Shown here in pieces: positions 52,401 through 62,056 of a DNA stretch of 64,000 nucleotides (positions are counted from its first letter, which is position 1; every line of letters starts with the position of its first letter). A model generated the notes under the pieces. The model was not told where the DNA came from. It did no database searches and saw only the letters and a program-made list of their open reading frames with translations. The translations under genes were made by a program, and so were the position numbers. This DNA is from Anaeromyxobacter sp. (GTDB taxonomy: Bacteria > Myxococcota > Myxococcia > Myxococcales > Anaeromyxobacteraceae), in contig JASGJN010000025.1 in the NCBI GenBank assembly GCA_049840735.1, positions 32,001 to 96,000 of the forward strand, written 5' to 3'.

Positions 52401-53544
52401 GACCGGGTAGAGCCGCCCCCTGGGCACGGCGCCGTCCACGTGGCCGGCCCGGCCGATCCGCTGCAGCCCCACGCCCAGCGCGCCCGGCGAGCCGAGCTGC
52501 ACCACCAGCTCGACCGCGCCCACGTCGATGCCCAGCTCCAGCGAGGCGGTGGCCACGATGGCCTTGAGCTGCCCGGCCTTGAGCCGCTCCTCCGCGTCCA
52601 GGCGGCGCTCGCGGGCCAGGCTGCCATGGTGGGCGGCCACCGTCCCCGGCCCCAGCCGCTCCTCCAGCGCGTGCGCGGCCCGCTCCGAGAGCCGGCGCGT
52701 GTTGACGAAGACCAGCGTGGAGCGGTGGGCCCGCACCTGCGCCGCCACGCGGTCGTAGGTGTCGGCCCACAGCTCATTCGACGCCACCGAGGAGAGCTCG
52801 TCGCGCGGCACCTCCACGCCCAGGTCGAGCGGGCGGCGGCGCCCCACCTCCACCACCGTGCAGCGCGGCTCGCCGCGCGGGCCGGTCCGGGCCGCGCCCA
52901 CCAGGAAGCGGGCCACCTCGTCCAGCGGCTCGATGGTGGCGGAGAGGCCGAGGCGCTGCGGCCGGCGCCGGGCCAGCGCCTCCAGCCGCTCCAGCGAGAG
53001 CGCCAGGTGGGCGCCGCGCTTGTCCCGCGCCACGGCGTGGATCTCGTCCACGATCACCGTCTCGACGTCCCCCAGCAGCGCCCGGCCGCGCTCGGCGGTG
53101 AGGAGCAGGTAGAGCGACTCCGGCGTGGTGACCAGCACGTGCGGCGGCCGGCGGATGATGGCCTCGCGCCGCGCGCCCGGCGTGTCGCCGGTCCGGACCG
53201 CCATCCGCAGCTCAGGCACCGCCAGCCCCAGCTCGCCGGCCGCGGCGCGGATGCCGGCCAGCGGCTGGCGCAGGTTGCGCTCCACGTCGTTCGAGAGCGC
53301 GCGGAGCGGCGACACGTAGACCACCCGCGTGCGGTCCTGGAGGGCGCCCGCCTCGGCCTCCCGCACCAGCCCGTCCAGCGCCGACAGGAACGCCGCCAGC
53401 GTCTTTCCCGAGCCGGTCGGGGCCGAGACCAGCACGTCCTTGCGGGCGGCGATGGCCGGCCAGGCCAGCCGCTGCGGCGCGGTGGGCGGGGAAGCGCCCC
53501 TCGAACCAGCGGCGCACGGCGGGGTGGAACGGGGTCAGCGGCAC
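49365..53544 (-). CDS. lhr: Lhr family DEAD/DEAH helicase; four apparent frameshifts (near 53485, 51771, 50436, 50005)
   Basis: APTGSGKT, TTPESL, DEIH, GLSAT, HHGSL, SLELGIDVG, QRIGRAGH; C-terminal LLRRYGVVFR..GEQFALP. Confidence 0.9.
50036..50086 (+). repeat. REP-like element inside the lhr coding sequence
   Basis: CCGTTCGCGCTGAGCGTA-GCCCCGCC agca GGCGGGGC-GGAGTCGAAGCGC. Confidence 0.88.
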
Positions 53545-53689
53545 CGCTCCTCGATAACGCCCCGCCCAGGTTGACGCCGGAATCAACCGAGGCCCTTAAG
53601 ATCCTGGCGCGGCGCGTCAGCCCCGTGGGGGGCGGCCGGCGCCGCTGCTTTCCTGAGGTCCGAGGCCAGAGGCCTCGAAGGAGCCGATC

Positions 53690-54187
53690 ATGCTGCTCAA
53701 GGAGACCGCGCTCGTCCGGCTGCTGGGGCTCAAGATCCCCATGCTCTTCTTCCTGGGACCGCGGGTGGAGCGGCTCGACGACGCCGGCTGCGAGGTCAAG
53801 ATCCGGCTCACCTGGCGATCCCGGAACGGGCTCATCGGCGCGATGTACTTCGGCGCGCTCTGCGCCGGCGCCGACCTGGCCGGCGGGCTCAACGCGGCGC
53901 GGGCCATCTGGGGCAAGCACAAGGGCGTGAAGCTGGTCTTCGCCGACCTGCACGCCCAGTTCCTCAAGCGCGCCGACGGCGACGTGATCTTCCGGTACAC
54001 CGGCGGGACGCGCACGGAGGAGGCGGTGCGCGAGGCCGACGAGACCGGCGAGCGGGTGACGCTGCCGGTGGAGGTGGTGGCGCTGGTGCCGGACAAGTAC
54101 GGCGAGGAGCCGGTGGCCCGCTTCACCATGAACATCTCGCTCAAGCGGAAGGGTGACCGGCCCGCTGCCCAGCGCCCGGCCGCCTGA
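53690..54187 (+). CDS. DUF4442/PaaI-like hotdog thioesterase
   Basis: RN..GAMYFGALCAGADLAGG; FLKRADGDV. Confidence 0.8.
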   Translation: MLLKETALVRLLGLKIPMLFFLGPRVERLDDAGCEVKIRLTWRSRNGLIGAMYFGALCAGADLAGGLNAARAIWGKHKGVKLVFADLHAQFLKRADGDVIFRYTGGTRTEEAVREADETGERVTLPVEVVALVPDKYGEEPVARFTMNISLKRKGDRPAAQRPAA

Positions 54188-54189
54188 TC

Positions 54190-55396
54190 ATGGACTTCGC
54201 AGAGTCGGAGAAGGTCCAGGGCCTGCGCAAGCTGGCGCGCGACTTCATCGAGCGCGAGGCCATCCCGCTGGAGCCGGCGCTGCGGCGCGAGGGGTGGAAG
54301 GCGCTGCTGCCACGGCTCACGCGGCTGCGCGCGCGGGCCCGCGAGACGGGGCTGTGGGCGCCGTCCATGCCAGCCGAGGTGGGCGGGGCCGGGCTCACGC
54401 TCACCGAGCTGGCGCACCTGGGCGAGGAGCTGGGGCGGAGCCCCGTCGGCCACTGGCTCTTCAACGCGCAGGCGCCGGACGCCGGCAACATGGAGATCCT
54501 GCTGCAGCACGGCACCGAGGCGCAGCGGGAGCGGTTCCTGCGGCCGCTGGTGCGCGGCGAGGTCCGCAGCTGCTTCACCATGACCGAGCCGGAGCACGCC
54601 GGCTCCAACCCGGTCTGGCTCGGCACCACCGCACAGCGCGAGGGCGGCGAGTGGGTGCTGCGCGGGCACAAGTGGTTCGCCACCGGGGCCGACGGCGCGG
54701 CCTTCGCCATCTGCATGGCGGTCACCGCGCCCGACGCGCCGGATCCCTACCAGCGGGCCAGCATGATCATCGTGCCCACCGACACCGCCGGCTACGAGCT
54801 GGTGGGGAACCTCTCCATCATGGGCGATCGCGGCGGCGACTGGGCCAGCCACGGCGAGGTGGCCTACCACGGCGCGCGGGTCCCGCTCGATCACCTGCTG
54901 GGCGGCGAGGGCATGGGATTCGTGATCGCCCAGGAGCGGCTGGGGCCGGGGCGCATCCACCACTGCATGCGCTGGGTCGGCGTCTGCGAGCGGGCCTTCG
55001 ACCTGATGTGCCGCCACGCCGCCACGCGCGAGCTGGCGCCGGGCAAGCCGCTCGGCACCCGGCAGCTGGTGCAGGGGTGGATCGCCGAGAGCCGGGCCGA
55101 GATCCACGCCGCGCGGCTGATGGTCCTGCACGCCGCCTGGAAGATCGAGACGCAGGGCGCCTACGAGGCGCGCGAGGAGATTCTCGCTCATCAAGCTGAC
55201 CGTGGCCCGCACGCTGGGGCGGGTGCTGGACCGGGCGCTGCAGACGCTGGGCGGGCTGGGCATGACCGACGACACGCCGCTCGCGTTCTGGTGGGCGCAC
55301 GAGCGCGGCGCCCGCATCTACGACGGCGCCGACGAGGTGCACGTGGACGCGGTGGCCCGCCGGATCCTGCGGCGGTACGGGATGAAGTCGAGGTGA
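54190..55396 (+). CDS. Acyl-CoA dehydrogenase (ACAD10/11-like subgroup); apparent frameshift near 55181
   Basis: FNAQAPDAGNME; MTEP; GHKWF; QERLGPGRIHHCMR; after the shift ARIYDGADEVH, stop at 55396. Confidence 0.9.
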
Positions 55397-56472
55397 GTGG
55401 AGGAGCCGTGCTGCGCGAGGCCTCGCACCCCATGCGCCGCGGCGAGGCGCTGGACGTCGCCGCGGTGGACGCCTGGCTGCGGACGGTGGTGCCAGGGCTG
55501 GAGGGAGTCCCCGAGGTCACGCAGTACTCGGGCGGCGCCTCCAACTGGACCTACCGGCTGCGCTACCAGGACCGCGACCTGGTGCTGCGCCGCCCGCCGG
55601 CCGGCACCAAGGCCCGCTCGGCCCACGACGTGGCGCGCGAGTACCGGATCCAGGCCGCGCTCCGCCCCTGGTTCCCGTACGTGCCGGGCATGGTGGGCCT
55701 GTGCCAGGACCCGGCCGTGCTGGGGGTGGACTTCTACGTCATGGAGCGGCTGGAGGGGCTCATCCCGCGCCGCAACCTGCCCCCGGGGCTCTCGCTCGCG
55801 CCGGCGGAGGCGCGGCGGCTCTGCGCCGGGCTCTGGGACCGGCTGGTGGACCTGCACCAGGTGGACGTCGCCGCCGCGGGGCTCTCCGGGCTGGGCAAGG
55901 GGCCGGGCTACGCGCGCCGGCAGGTGGAGGGCTGGTCGGAGCGGTACCAGAAGGCGCGCACCTGGAACGTCCCGGACTTCGGGCGGGTGCGGGCCTGGCT
56001 GCGGGAGCGGACGCCGGAGGACCTGGGCGCCTGCCTCATCCACAACGACTGGCGGCTCGACAACGTGGTGCTCGACCCGGGCGACCCGGCCCGCATCGTG
56101 GGCGTGCTGGACTGGGAGATGGCCACCGTCGGCGATCCGCTCATGGACCTGGGGAGCGCCCTGGCCTACTGGGTGGAGCCGCGGGATCCCTGGCCCATGC
56201 GCGCGACCCGCCGTCAACCCAGCGGCCTGCCGGGCATGCTGCGCCGCGCCGAGGTGGTGGAGCGCTACCTGGACAGGACCGGGCTCCGGCCGGACGGCTG
56301 GGTCTTCTACGAGGTCTTCGGCCTGTTCCGGCTGGCGGGCATCGCGCAGCAGATCTACTTCCGCTACCATCACCGCCAGACCCGCAACCCGGCGTTCCGC
56401 CACTTCTGGCTCATGGTCCATTTCCTCCACCGGCGCTGCCTGCACCTCCTCCGCCGCGACGGGCGCGGATGA
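55393..56472 (+). CDS. APH/phosphotransferase family kinase
   Basis: GGASNWTY; VLRRPP; AHDVARE; HNDWRLDN; LDWEMATVGDP. Confidence 0.9.
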   Translation: MSGGAVLREASHPMRRGEALDVAAVDAWLRTVVPGLEGVPEVTQYSGGASNWTYRLRYQDRDLVLRRPPAGTKARSAHDVAREYRIQAALRPWFPYVPGMVGLCQDPAVLGVDFYVMERLEGLIPRRNLPPGLSLAPAEARRLCAGLWDRLVDLHQVDVAAAGLSGLGKGPGYARRQVEGWSERYQKARTWNVPDFGRVRAWLRERTPEDLGACLIHNDWRLDNVVLDPGDPARIVGVLDWEMATVGDPLMDLGSALAYWVEPRDPWPMRATRRQPSGLPGMLRRAEVVERYLDRTGLRPDGWVFYEVFGLFRLAGIAQQIYFRYHHRQTRNPAFRHFWLMVHFLHRRCLHLLRRDGRG

Positions 56473-57158
56473 GCACCATCGTCCTGGTCCGCCACGGGCA
56501 GGCGTCCTTCGACGCCGAGGACTACGACCAGCTCTCCGAGCTCGGGATTGAGCAGGCCCGCCGCACCGGCCAGGCGCTGGGCGGCCGCGTCCCCGGGCTG
56601 GAGGCGGTCTACGTCGGCACGCTGCGCCGGCAGCAGCAGACCGCCGAGCACTGCCTGGCGGCGCTGGGCGGCGCGCCGCAGCCGGTGGCGCTGCCGGGCC
56701 TGGACGAGTTCGACCACCGCGAGATCCTGCTCCGCTACGAGCCGCGCTACGCCGAGCGGACCGCGCTGGTGGCCGACCTGGTGTCCACCGGCGACCCGCG
56801 CCGCGCCTTCCAGGAGCTCTTCTCCGCCGCGCTGGCCCGCTGGACCTGCGGCGCGCACGACGCCGAGTACGGGCTGCCCTGGCCCGGCTTCCAGCGGCGC
56901 AGCCTGGCGGCCCTGGAGCAGGTGGCCTCGGCGCTGGGGCGCTCCCGCACCGCGCTGGTCTTCAGCTCGGCCGGCCCCATCACCGCCATCTGCCAGGGGC
57001 TGCTGGGGCTGACCGACGACGCCGCCGGCCGGCTGGCCGGGGCGCAGGTGAACTGCGGGATCTCCAAGGTGATCCGCAGCGAGCGCGGGCTGATGCTCTC
57101 CAGCTTCAACGACCACGCCCACCTGGAGGGCGAGGCGCGGCTCATCAGCTACCGCTGA
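56469..57158 (+). CDS. Histidine phosphatase family protein
   Basis: LVRHGQASF..YDQLS; GLDEFD; FNDHAHL. Confidence 0.9.
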   Translation: MSTIVLVRHGQASFDAEDYDQLSELGIEQARRTGQALGGRVPGLEAVYVGTLRRQQQTAEHCLAALGGAPQPVALPGLDEFDHREILLRYEPRYAERTALVADLVSTGDPRRAFQELFSAALARWTCGAHDAEYGLPWPGFQRRSLAALEQVASALGRSRTALVFSSAGPITAICQGLLGLTDDAAGRLAGAQVNCGISKVIRSERGLMLSSFNDHAHLEGEARLISYR

Positions 57159-57163
57159 GGCCT

Positions 57164-57356
57164 GGCCTTCGACTCCGCGCCCGCTGCGCGGGCGCTACGC
57201 TCAGGCCGAACGGATCGTCGGCCCACTGTGCTTCAGTTCCGTCCGGCCTGAGCGTCAGCTCCGTCCGGCCTGATCGTCAGCCCCGTCCGGCCTGATCGTC
57301 AGCCCCGTTCGGCCTGAGCGTAGCCGTCGCCGCCGGCGACGGCGGAGTCGAAGGCC
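57164..57356. repeat. Inverted REP pair (57164-57213 minus; 57305-57356 plus) enclosing four tandem 22-bp units (57233-57320)
   Basis: TCAGyyCCGTyCGGCCTGAkCG x4, the last running into an intact element. Confidence 0.88.
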
Positions 57357-57442
57357 AGGAGCCGAGGCCAGGAGCCGGAAGCGTGGCGCCCCGGGCCCAA
57401 CTTCGGATACCGCTCCCGCCCCAGCCCGGCTAAGCTCCTGTC

Positions 57443-58756
57443 ATGGTGCTCCCGCTCCTCACCGCCCTGGCGCTCGCTGCCCAGACGCCAACGGCTGCGG
57501 TGCTCCACGTCGAGGACGACTACCCCCGCGCCCTGGCCGAGGCCCGGCAGCGGCAGCTGCCGCTGCTGGTCGAGGTCTGGGCGCCCTGGTGACCCAGCTG
57601 TCGCTTCATGCGGGCCTACGTCTTCACCGACCGTAAGCTCCTGAAGCTGGCCGGGCGGTCTGTCCGGCTCGACATCGACACCGAGAACCCCGCCAACGGC
57701 ACGTTCGTCGAGCGGTTTCCCATCGACGCCTGGCCGACGCTGCTGGTGATCGACCCGGCCACCGAGCAGGTGGTGGTGCGCTGGGTGGGCACCGCCACGG
57801 CCGACGACGTGGTGCAGCTGGCGCTGGACGGCGAGAAGGCGGTCAAGGCCGAGCGGCGCTCGCGCGCCGACGCAGCGCTGGCGCGCGCCGACGCGCTGAT
57901 GGGCGAGCGCAAGCACGGCGAGGCCGCCGCGGCCTACGCCCAGGCGCTGGCCGAGGGCGGCAAGCGCTGGCCGGCCCGCGAGCGCGCGGCGGAGAACCGC
58001 GTGCAGGCGCTGAGCTTCGTCGAGGACCAGGCGCCCTGCGCCGCGGCGGCGAAGGAGCTCCTGCCGCTGGTGGAGGACGTGAACCGCCGGGCCCGGATCC
58101 TCGAGTCGGGGCTCTCCTGCGCCCTGGCGCTGGACGACCAGCAGGCGCAGCTGGCCGCGGTCGCGCCGCTGGAGCCGGCGGCGCGCCGCCTCCTGAAGGA
58201 CCGGGCCGTGCTGGCCAACGATCGCTCCGGGCTCTACGAGCTCCTGCTGGGCGCGCAGGAGGCGCGCGGGGACGAGGCCAAGGTCCGCGCCCTGGCCGGC
58301 CAGTGGTGGGCCTTCCTGGAGCGCGAGACGGTCCGGGCGCCCACCGCGCTGGCCAGGTCGTCCTACAACTCGGCGCGCGTCTCGGCCGCCGTGGCGCTGG
58401 GCGAGCCGGCCCGCGCCCTGCCGGCGCTGCAGGCCTCCGAGCGCGAGCTGCCGGGCGAGTTCACGCCGCCGGCCTCGCTGGCCTACCTCTACCTGGAGCT
58501 CGGGCGCCCCGCCGACGCCAGGGCCGCGGCGGACCGCGCGCTGGCGCTGGCGCAGGGGCCGCGCCGCGTGCGCGTGCTGACGCTGCGCGCCCGGGCCGAG
58601 CGCGACCTGGGCGAGCTCGCGGCCGCCCGCGCCTCTGCCGCCGAGGCCGTGAAGCTGGGCGAGAGCTACGCGCCCGGGCAGCGGCCGGAGGGCTACCTGC
58701 GCGCGGCCCGCAAGCTGGCCGGGGAGCTGGAGGCGTCCGGCGCGCCGGCGCCGTGA
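57443..58756 (+). CDS. Secreted thioredoxin-fold/TPR-like protein, probable selenoprotein (UxxC; UGA at 57590-57592)
   Basis: MVLPLLTALALAAQ..EDDYPRALAEARQRQLPLLVEVWAPW-(TGA)-PSCRFMRAYVF..WPTLLVID, in frame with ORF 57608..58756. Confidence 0.82.
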
Positions 58757-58849
58757 GGGTCCCGGCCATTCTGGGCGCGGCGGTCGCGAAGCTCCCCGGA
58801 CACCCTGGGGCCCCGGTCAGTCTGGGCCGCGGCGGCCGCGAAGGCCCCC

Positions 58850-58901
58850 GGTCATCCTGAGCGTAGCGGCCGCGCAGCGGCCGCGGAGTCGAAGGACGAC
58901 C
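58850..58901 (+). repeat. REP-like element (GTCATCCTGAGC variant)
   Basis: GGTCATCCTGAGCGTA-GCGGCCGC gca GCGGCCGC-GGAGTCGAAGGACGACC. Confidence 0.88.
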
Positions 58902-58911
58902 GGGGGAGCGC

Positions 58912-60033
58912 TCAGTCGTACTCCGCGGCCGAGGCCAGCTCGAGGAGCTCGTCCTGCAGCGGCTCGAACCGCTCGGCCAGCGCCAGGACCAGCACCACCA
59001 CGACCTGGCGCTCCCCGGCGCCGAGGATCACCCAGCCCTGCAGCTCCCGGCCGTCCTGCGTCATGGCGGCGTGGATGGCCATGGCTCGCCCGGACGGGAC
59101 CTCCACCACCATGCGCTCGAGCTCACGGAAGTTGCCGGGCCGCTTCTCCAGCTCGCTGACCGCCCCGTCGGTCAGCTCCTCGAGGCTCGCGGTGACCGGG
59201 CCGGGCGTGGGGAAGCGGTTCAGCATCGCGACCGCGCCCTCCTCCGGCCAGATCGCGGCGGCGTCCACGCTGGGCGCGAGGTTGGCGCGGAGGTGCCAGC
59301 GGCCCTCCGGCAGCGGCAGCCGCAGGTGGCCGCCCCTGGCCTCCAGCACGGCGCAGTGGCGGCGGCCGTCGAGGACGTCCGCGACCACTCCCTCGGTGGC
59401 GAACTCCACCGCTGGCACGGTGGCGGCGAGCAGCCCGAGCGTGAGCGCGCTGCTGGCCAGGAGACCACCAGCCCCGCCCCGCAGGGCCCCGGGGGCGCCC
59501 AGCAGCAGCGCCACCATGCCGGCGGAGAAGGTGAGCTGGAGCAGGGCGATCATGGGCCCTGCGTGGGTCCACAGGAACACCGTCAGGAGGACGCCGCCCA
59601 GGATGGCGCGCGCCAGCGCCCAGGGCTGGGCGTGGGCCTTGCCGGCGAGGAGCATTCCGCCGAGGAACAGGTCCACCACCGGTGCCACCACGGCCACGCC
59701 GGTGGCGGAGTTCGCGGCCAGCCCGGTCTTGATGAGCAGGAACACGGCCACGGCGGTGTTGGCCAGGAGGATCAACCCCGCCGCGCGCCAGGCCAGCGGC
59801 GCCGGCTCCTCCTCCGAGCCGGAGCCCCGGGGGACCGCCACGCGCGGGCGCGCGGCGGAGCCGGGCGGCAGCGGGGCGGCCGCACCAGGCGCGGAGCCCG
59901 GGTCGAAGGGCGGCGGCTCGAAGGCCGCGAGCTCGGGCGAGGCAGGGCCGGCGGACTTGCCGCAGCGCGGGCAGAGGCCGTCCGGACGGAGCGTGTGCTT
60001 GAGCCCGCAGCCTGCGCAGGTGGACCACGACAT
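58912..60033 (-). CDS. Membrane protein with N-terminal zinc ribbon
   Basis: GGGAGGG RBS; CAGC..CPRC; Pro linker; about 5 TM helices; soluble C-terminal domain. Confidence 0.7.
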   Translation of the reverse strand: MSWSTCAGCGLKHTLRPDGLCPRCGKSAGPASPELAAFEPPPFDPGSAPGAAAPLPPGSAARPRVAVPRGSGSEEEPAPLAWRAAGLILLANTAVAVFLLIKTGLAANSATGVAVVAPVVDLFLGGMLLAGKAHAQPWALARAILGGVLLTVFLWTHAGPMIALLQLTFSAGMVALLLGAPGALRGGAGGLLASSALTLGLLAATVPAVEFATEGVVADVLDGRRHCAVLEARGGHLRLPLPEGRWHLRANLAPSVDAAAIWPEEGAVAMLNRFPTPGPVTASLEELTDGAVSELEKRPGNFRELERMVVEVPSGRAMAIHAAMTQDGRELQGWVILGAGERQVVVVLVLALAERFEPLQDELLELASAAEYD

Positions 60034-60286
60034 GTACCCCTCCCGATCGCCTGGGCGACTCCCGCCGCGAGTGTACGGCATCCCGCGCGCGCGGCAGGCG
60101 ATCACCTGCGTCGCACCTGCGCCGCCACGGGTTTCCCCGGGACTCATGGCGGCGACCGGTCGAGTTGATGCCGAAACGGTACCGTGCGCCATGAGCAAGA
60201 TCCGGCGCCTGACGGCGCCTCGGTTCGGGGGGAAGCTCCCCCCGTAACCCCCCATCACGCAGGCTCAATCCGATTGGGCGGCGTGA

Positions 60287-60821
60287 TCAGTCGCAGGGAT
60301 AGAGGCTCTCGGTGAAGAGCCACTCCTGGCCGCGCCGCACGAAGCAGAGCGGGGCGCCGGGGGTGACGAGCCCGGGCGCGCGGTAGGCCAGGCAGGGGCG
60401 GCCCAGCGGGCCGGCGGCGGGGTCGCCGCGGAAGGCCACCGCCACCGCGACCTCCCGCGCCGTGGCGAAGAGCGCGCGCAGCGAGGCGGGCTGGCCGGCC
60501 GGGGCCGAGGCGCCGGGGCCGCCCAGCAGCACGCCGTGCACCCAGCTCGCCGGATCGCGCAGCTCGCGGAGCACGCGCTGGCGCGGGATGACGCGCCCGC
60601 CGCAGCGGAGGCCGTCGGGGGGGACCCGGGCCGCCAGGGCCTCCACGTCGCCGCGCTCGATGTCGCGCTGGATCCCGCGCGCCCAGCCGGATGATTTCCT
60701 CCGCCAGCGCCGCCCGCTGCGCCTGCAGCCGGCCCGCCGGGCCGGACGGCGCGGCGGCGGCTCCGGCGGACGGCTGCGGTCCGGACGCGGCCAGCGCCAG
60801 CGCGAGCAGCAGGGGGATCAC
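60287..60821 (-). CDS. Secreted hypothetical protein; apparent frameshift near 60675
   Basis: GTG overlaps upstream stop; signal peptide IPLLLALALAA; continues RIQRDIERGDVEALAAR after the shift. Confidence 0.6.
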
Positions 60822-62054
60822 GGCAGGCGGTACTTGAGCAGGTGGGCCTCGAGCGGCCCGTTCCAGAGCCGGTGGTCCACCTCGGGGCGCAGCGGGATGA
60901 GCCGCTCCAGCTGCGGGTTGCCGGAGAGGATCACCGCCGTCCAGCCGGAGTGGCGGACCAGCATCTCGCCCAGCCCACGGTAGAACCCCTCCAGCTTGCG
61001 GTCGGCGGTGCGCTGCTCCGAGGCGGTGCGCGGCGGCGGGGCCTCGCGCTTGCCGCGCCCCCAGCGCTCGCCGCGCGGCTCCTGCCCGTCCCGCTCCTCG
61101 CGCCCCTCGCGGCCGCCGCCCAGCCGCTCGCCGTAGGGCGGGTTGGTCACGAGCGTGCCGGCGGCGGCGATGGGCGCGAGGTCGCGCGCGTCGGCCTGGA
61201 CGATCTCCCAGATCGGCGGCCACGCCGGCGGCGGCGGCGTTGCGGCGGAGCGCCTCCAGCGCCTTGGGGTGGCTGTCGCGCGCCAGGATGGGGGCGGGGG
61301 CGCGCGGCAGGACGCCGGCGCGGGCCTCGGCGCGGAGCCGGTCCCAGGTCGACTGGGGGCCGCCGCGGTAGGCGGGCCAGCGCTGGAAGCCGAAGGCGCG
61401 GCCCAGTCCGGGCGGCATGCGCCGCGCGGCCAGCGCGTGCTCGATGGCCAGGGTGCCGGAGCCGGCCATGGGGTCGACGAAGGGCAGCGCGGGATCGACG
61501 CCGCCCAGCAGCAGCACCGCCGCGGCCAGCGTCTCCTTGAGCGGCGCCTCGGTGGTCACCGCGCGGTAGCCGCGCCGGTGGAGCGGGGCGCCGGCCAGGT
61601 CGAGCGAGAGCGTGGCCTGGTCGCGGGCCAGGTGCAGCACGATGCGGACGTCGGGGTCCTTGGCGTCCACGTCCGGGCGGGCGCCCAGCCGGTCGCGCAC
61701 CGCGTCCACGGCGGCGTCCTTCACCTTCAAGGCGGCGAACCCGGAGTGCGTGATGGCGGACGAGGTGACCGTCGCCTCCACCGCCAGCGTGGTCCGGTCG
61801 GTGAGCCAGGCGTCCCAGCCCACCGCGCGGGCGCCCTCGTACAGCGCCTCCGGGGAGGGGGCCTCGAACCGCCCCAGCTCCAGCAGCAGGCGCATGGCGG
61901 TGCGGACGTGGAGGCAGGCGCGCATGCCGGCCTCGAGCGTCCCCTCGAAGGAGACGCCGCCCCGCTCGCCGCGGACGGCGTGGAGCTTGAGGGACGAGAG
62001 CTCGCGGCGGAGGGCGCCCTCGGTCCCCTTGGCGCAGGTGGCGAAGAATCTCAT
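60818..62054 (-). CDS. THUMP-domain RNA methyltransferase (RlmL-like); apparent frameshift near 61208
   Basis: FFATCAKGTE; LHRRGYR..APLKETLAAA; DPMAGSGT; TNPPYGER. Confidence 0.9.
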
Positions 62055-62056
62055 GG

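Noticed and set aside
49365..53544. Pseudogenes or programmed frameshifts in lhr and about ten other genes
   Set aside because: Breaks sit at GATC sites or G/C runs, with no in-frame stops, decay or slippery heptamers; sequencing error is more likely.
54190..56472. 760-aa ACAD-kinase fusion like ACAD10/11
   Set aside because: Caused by an extra base at GATTC (55179-55183); the true ACAD C-terminus (ARIYDGADEVH) is in another frame and stops at 55396.
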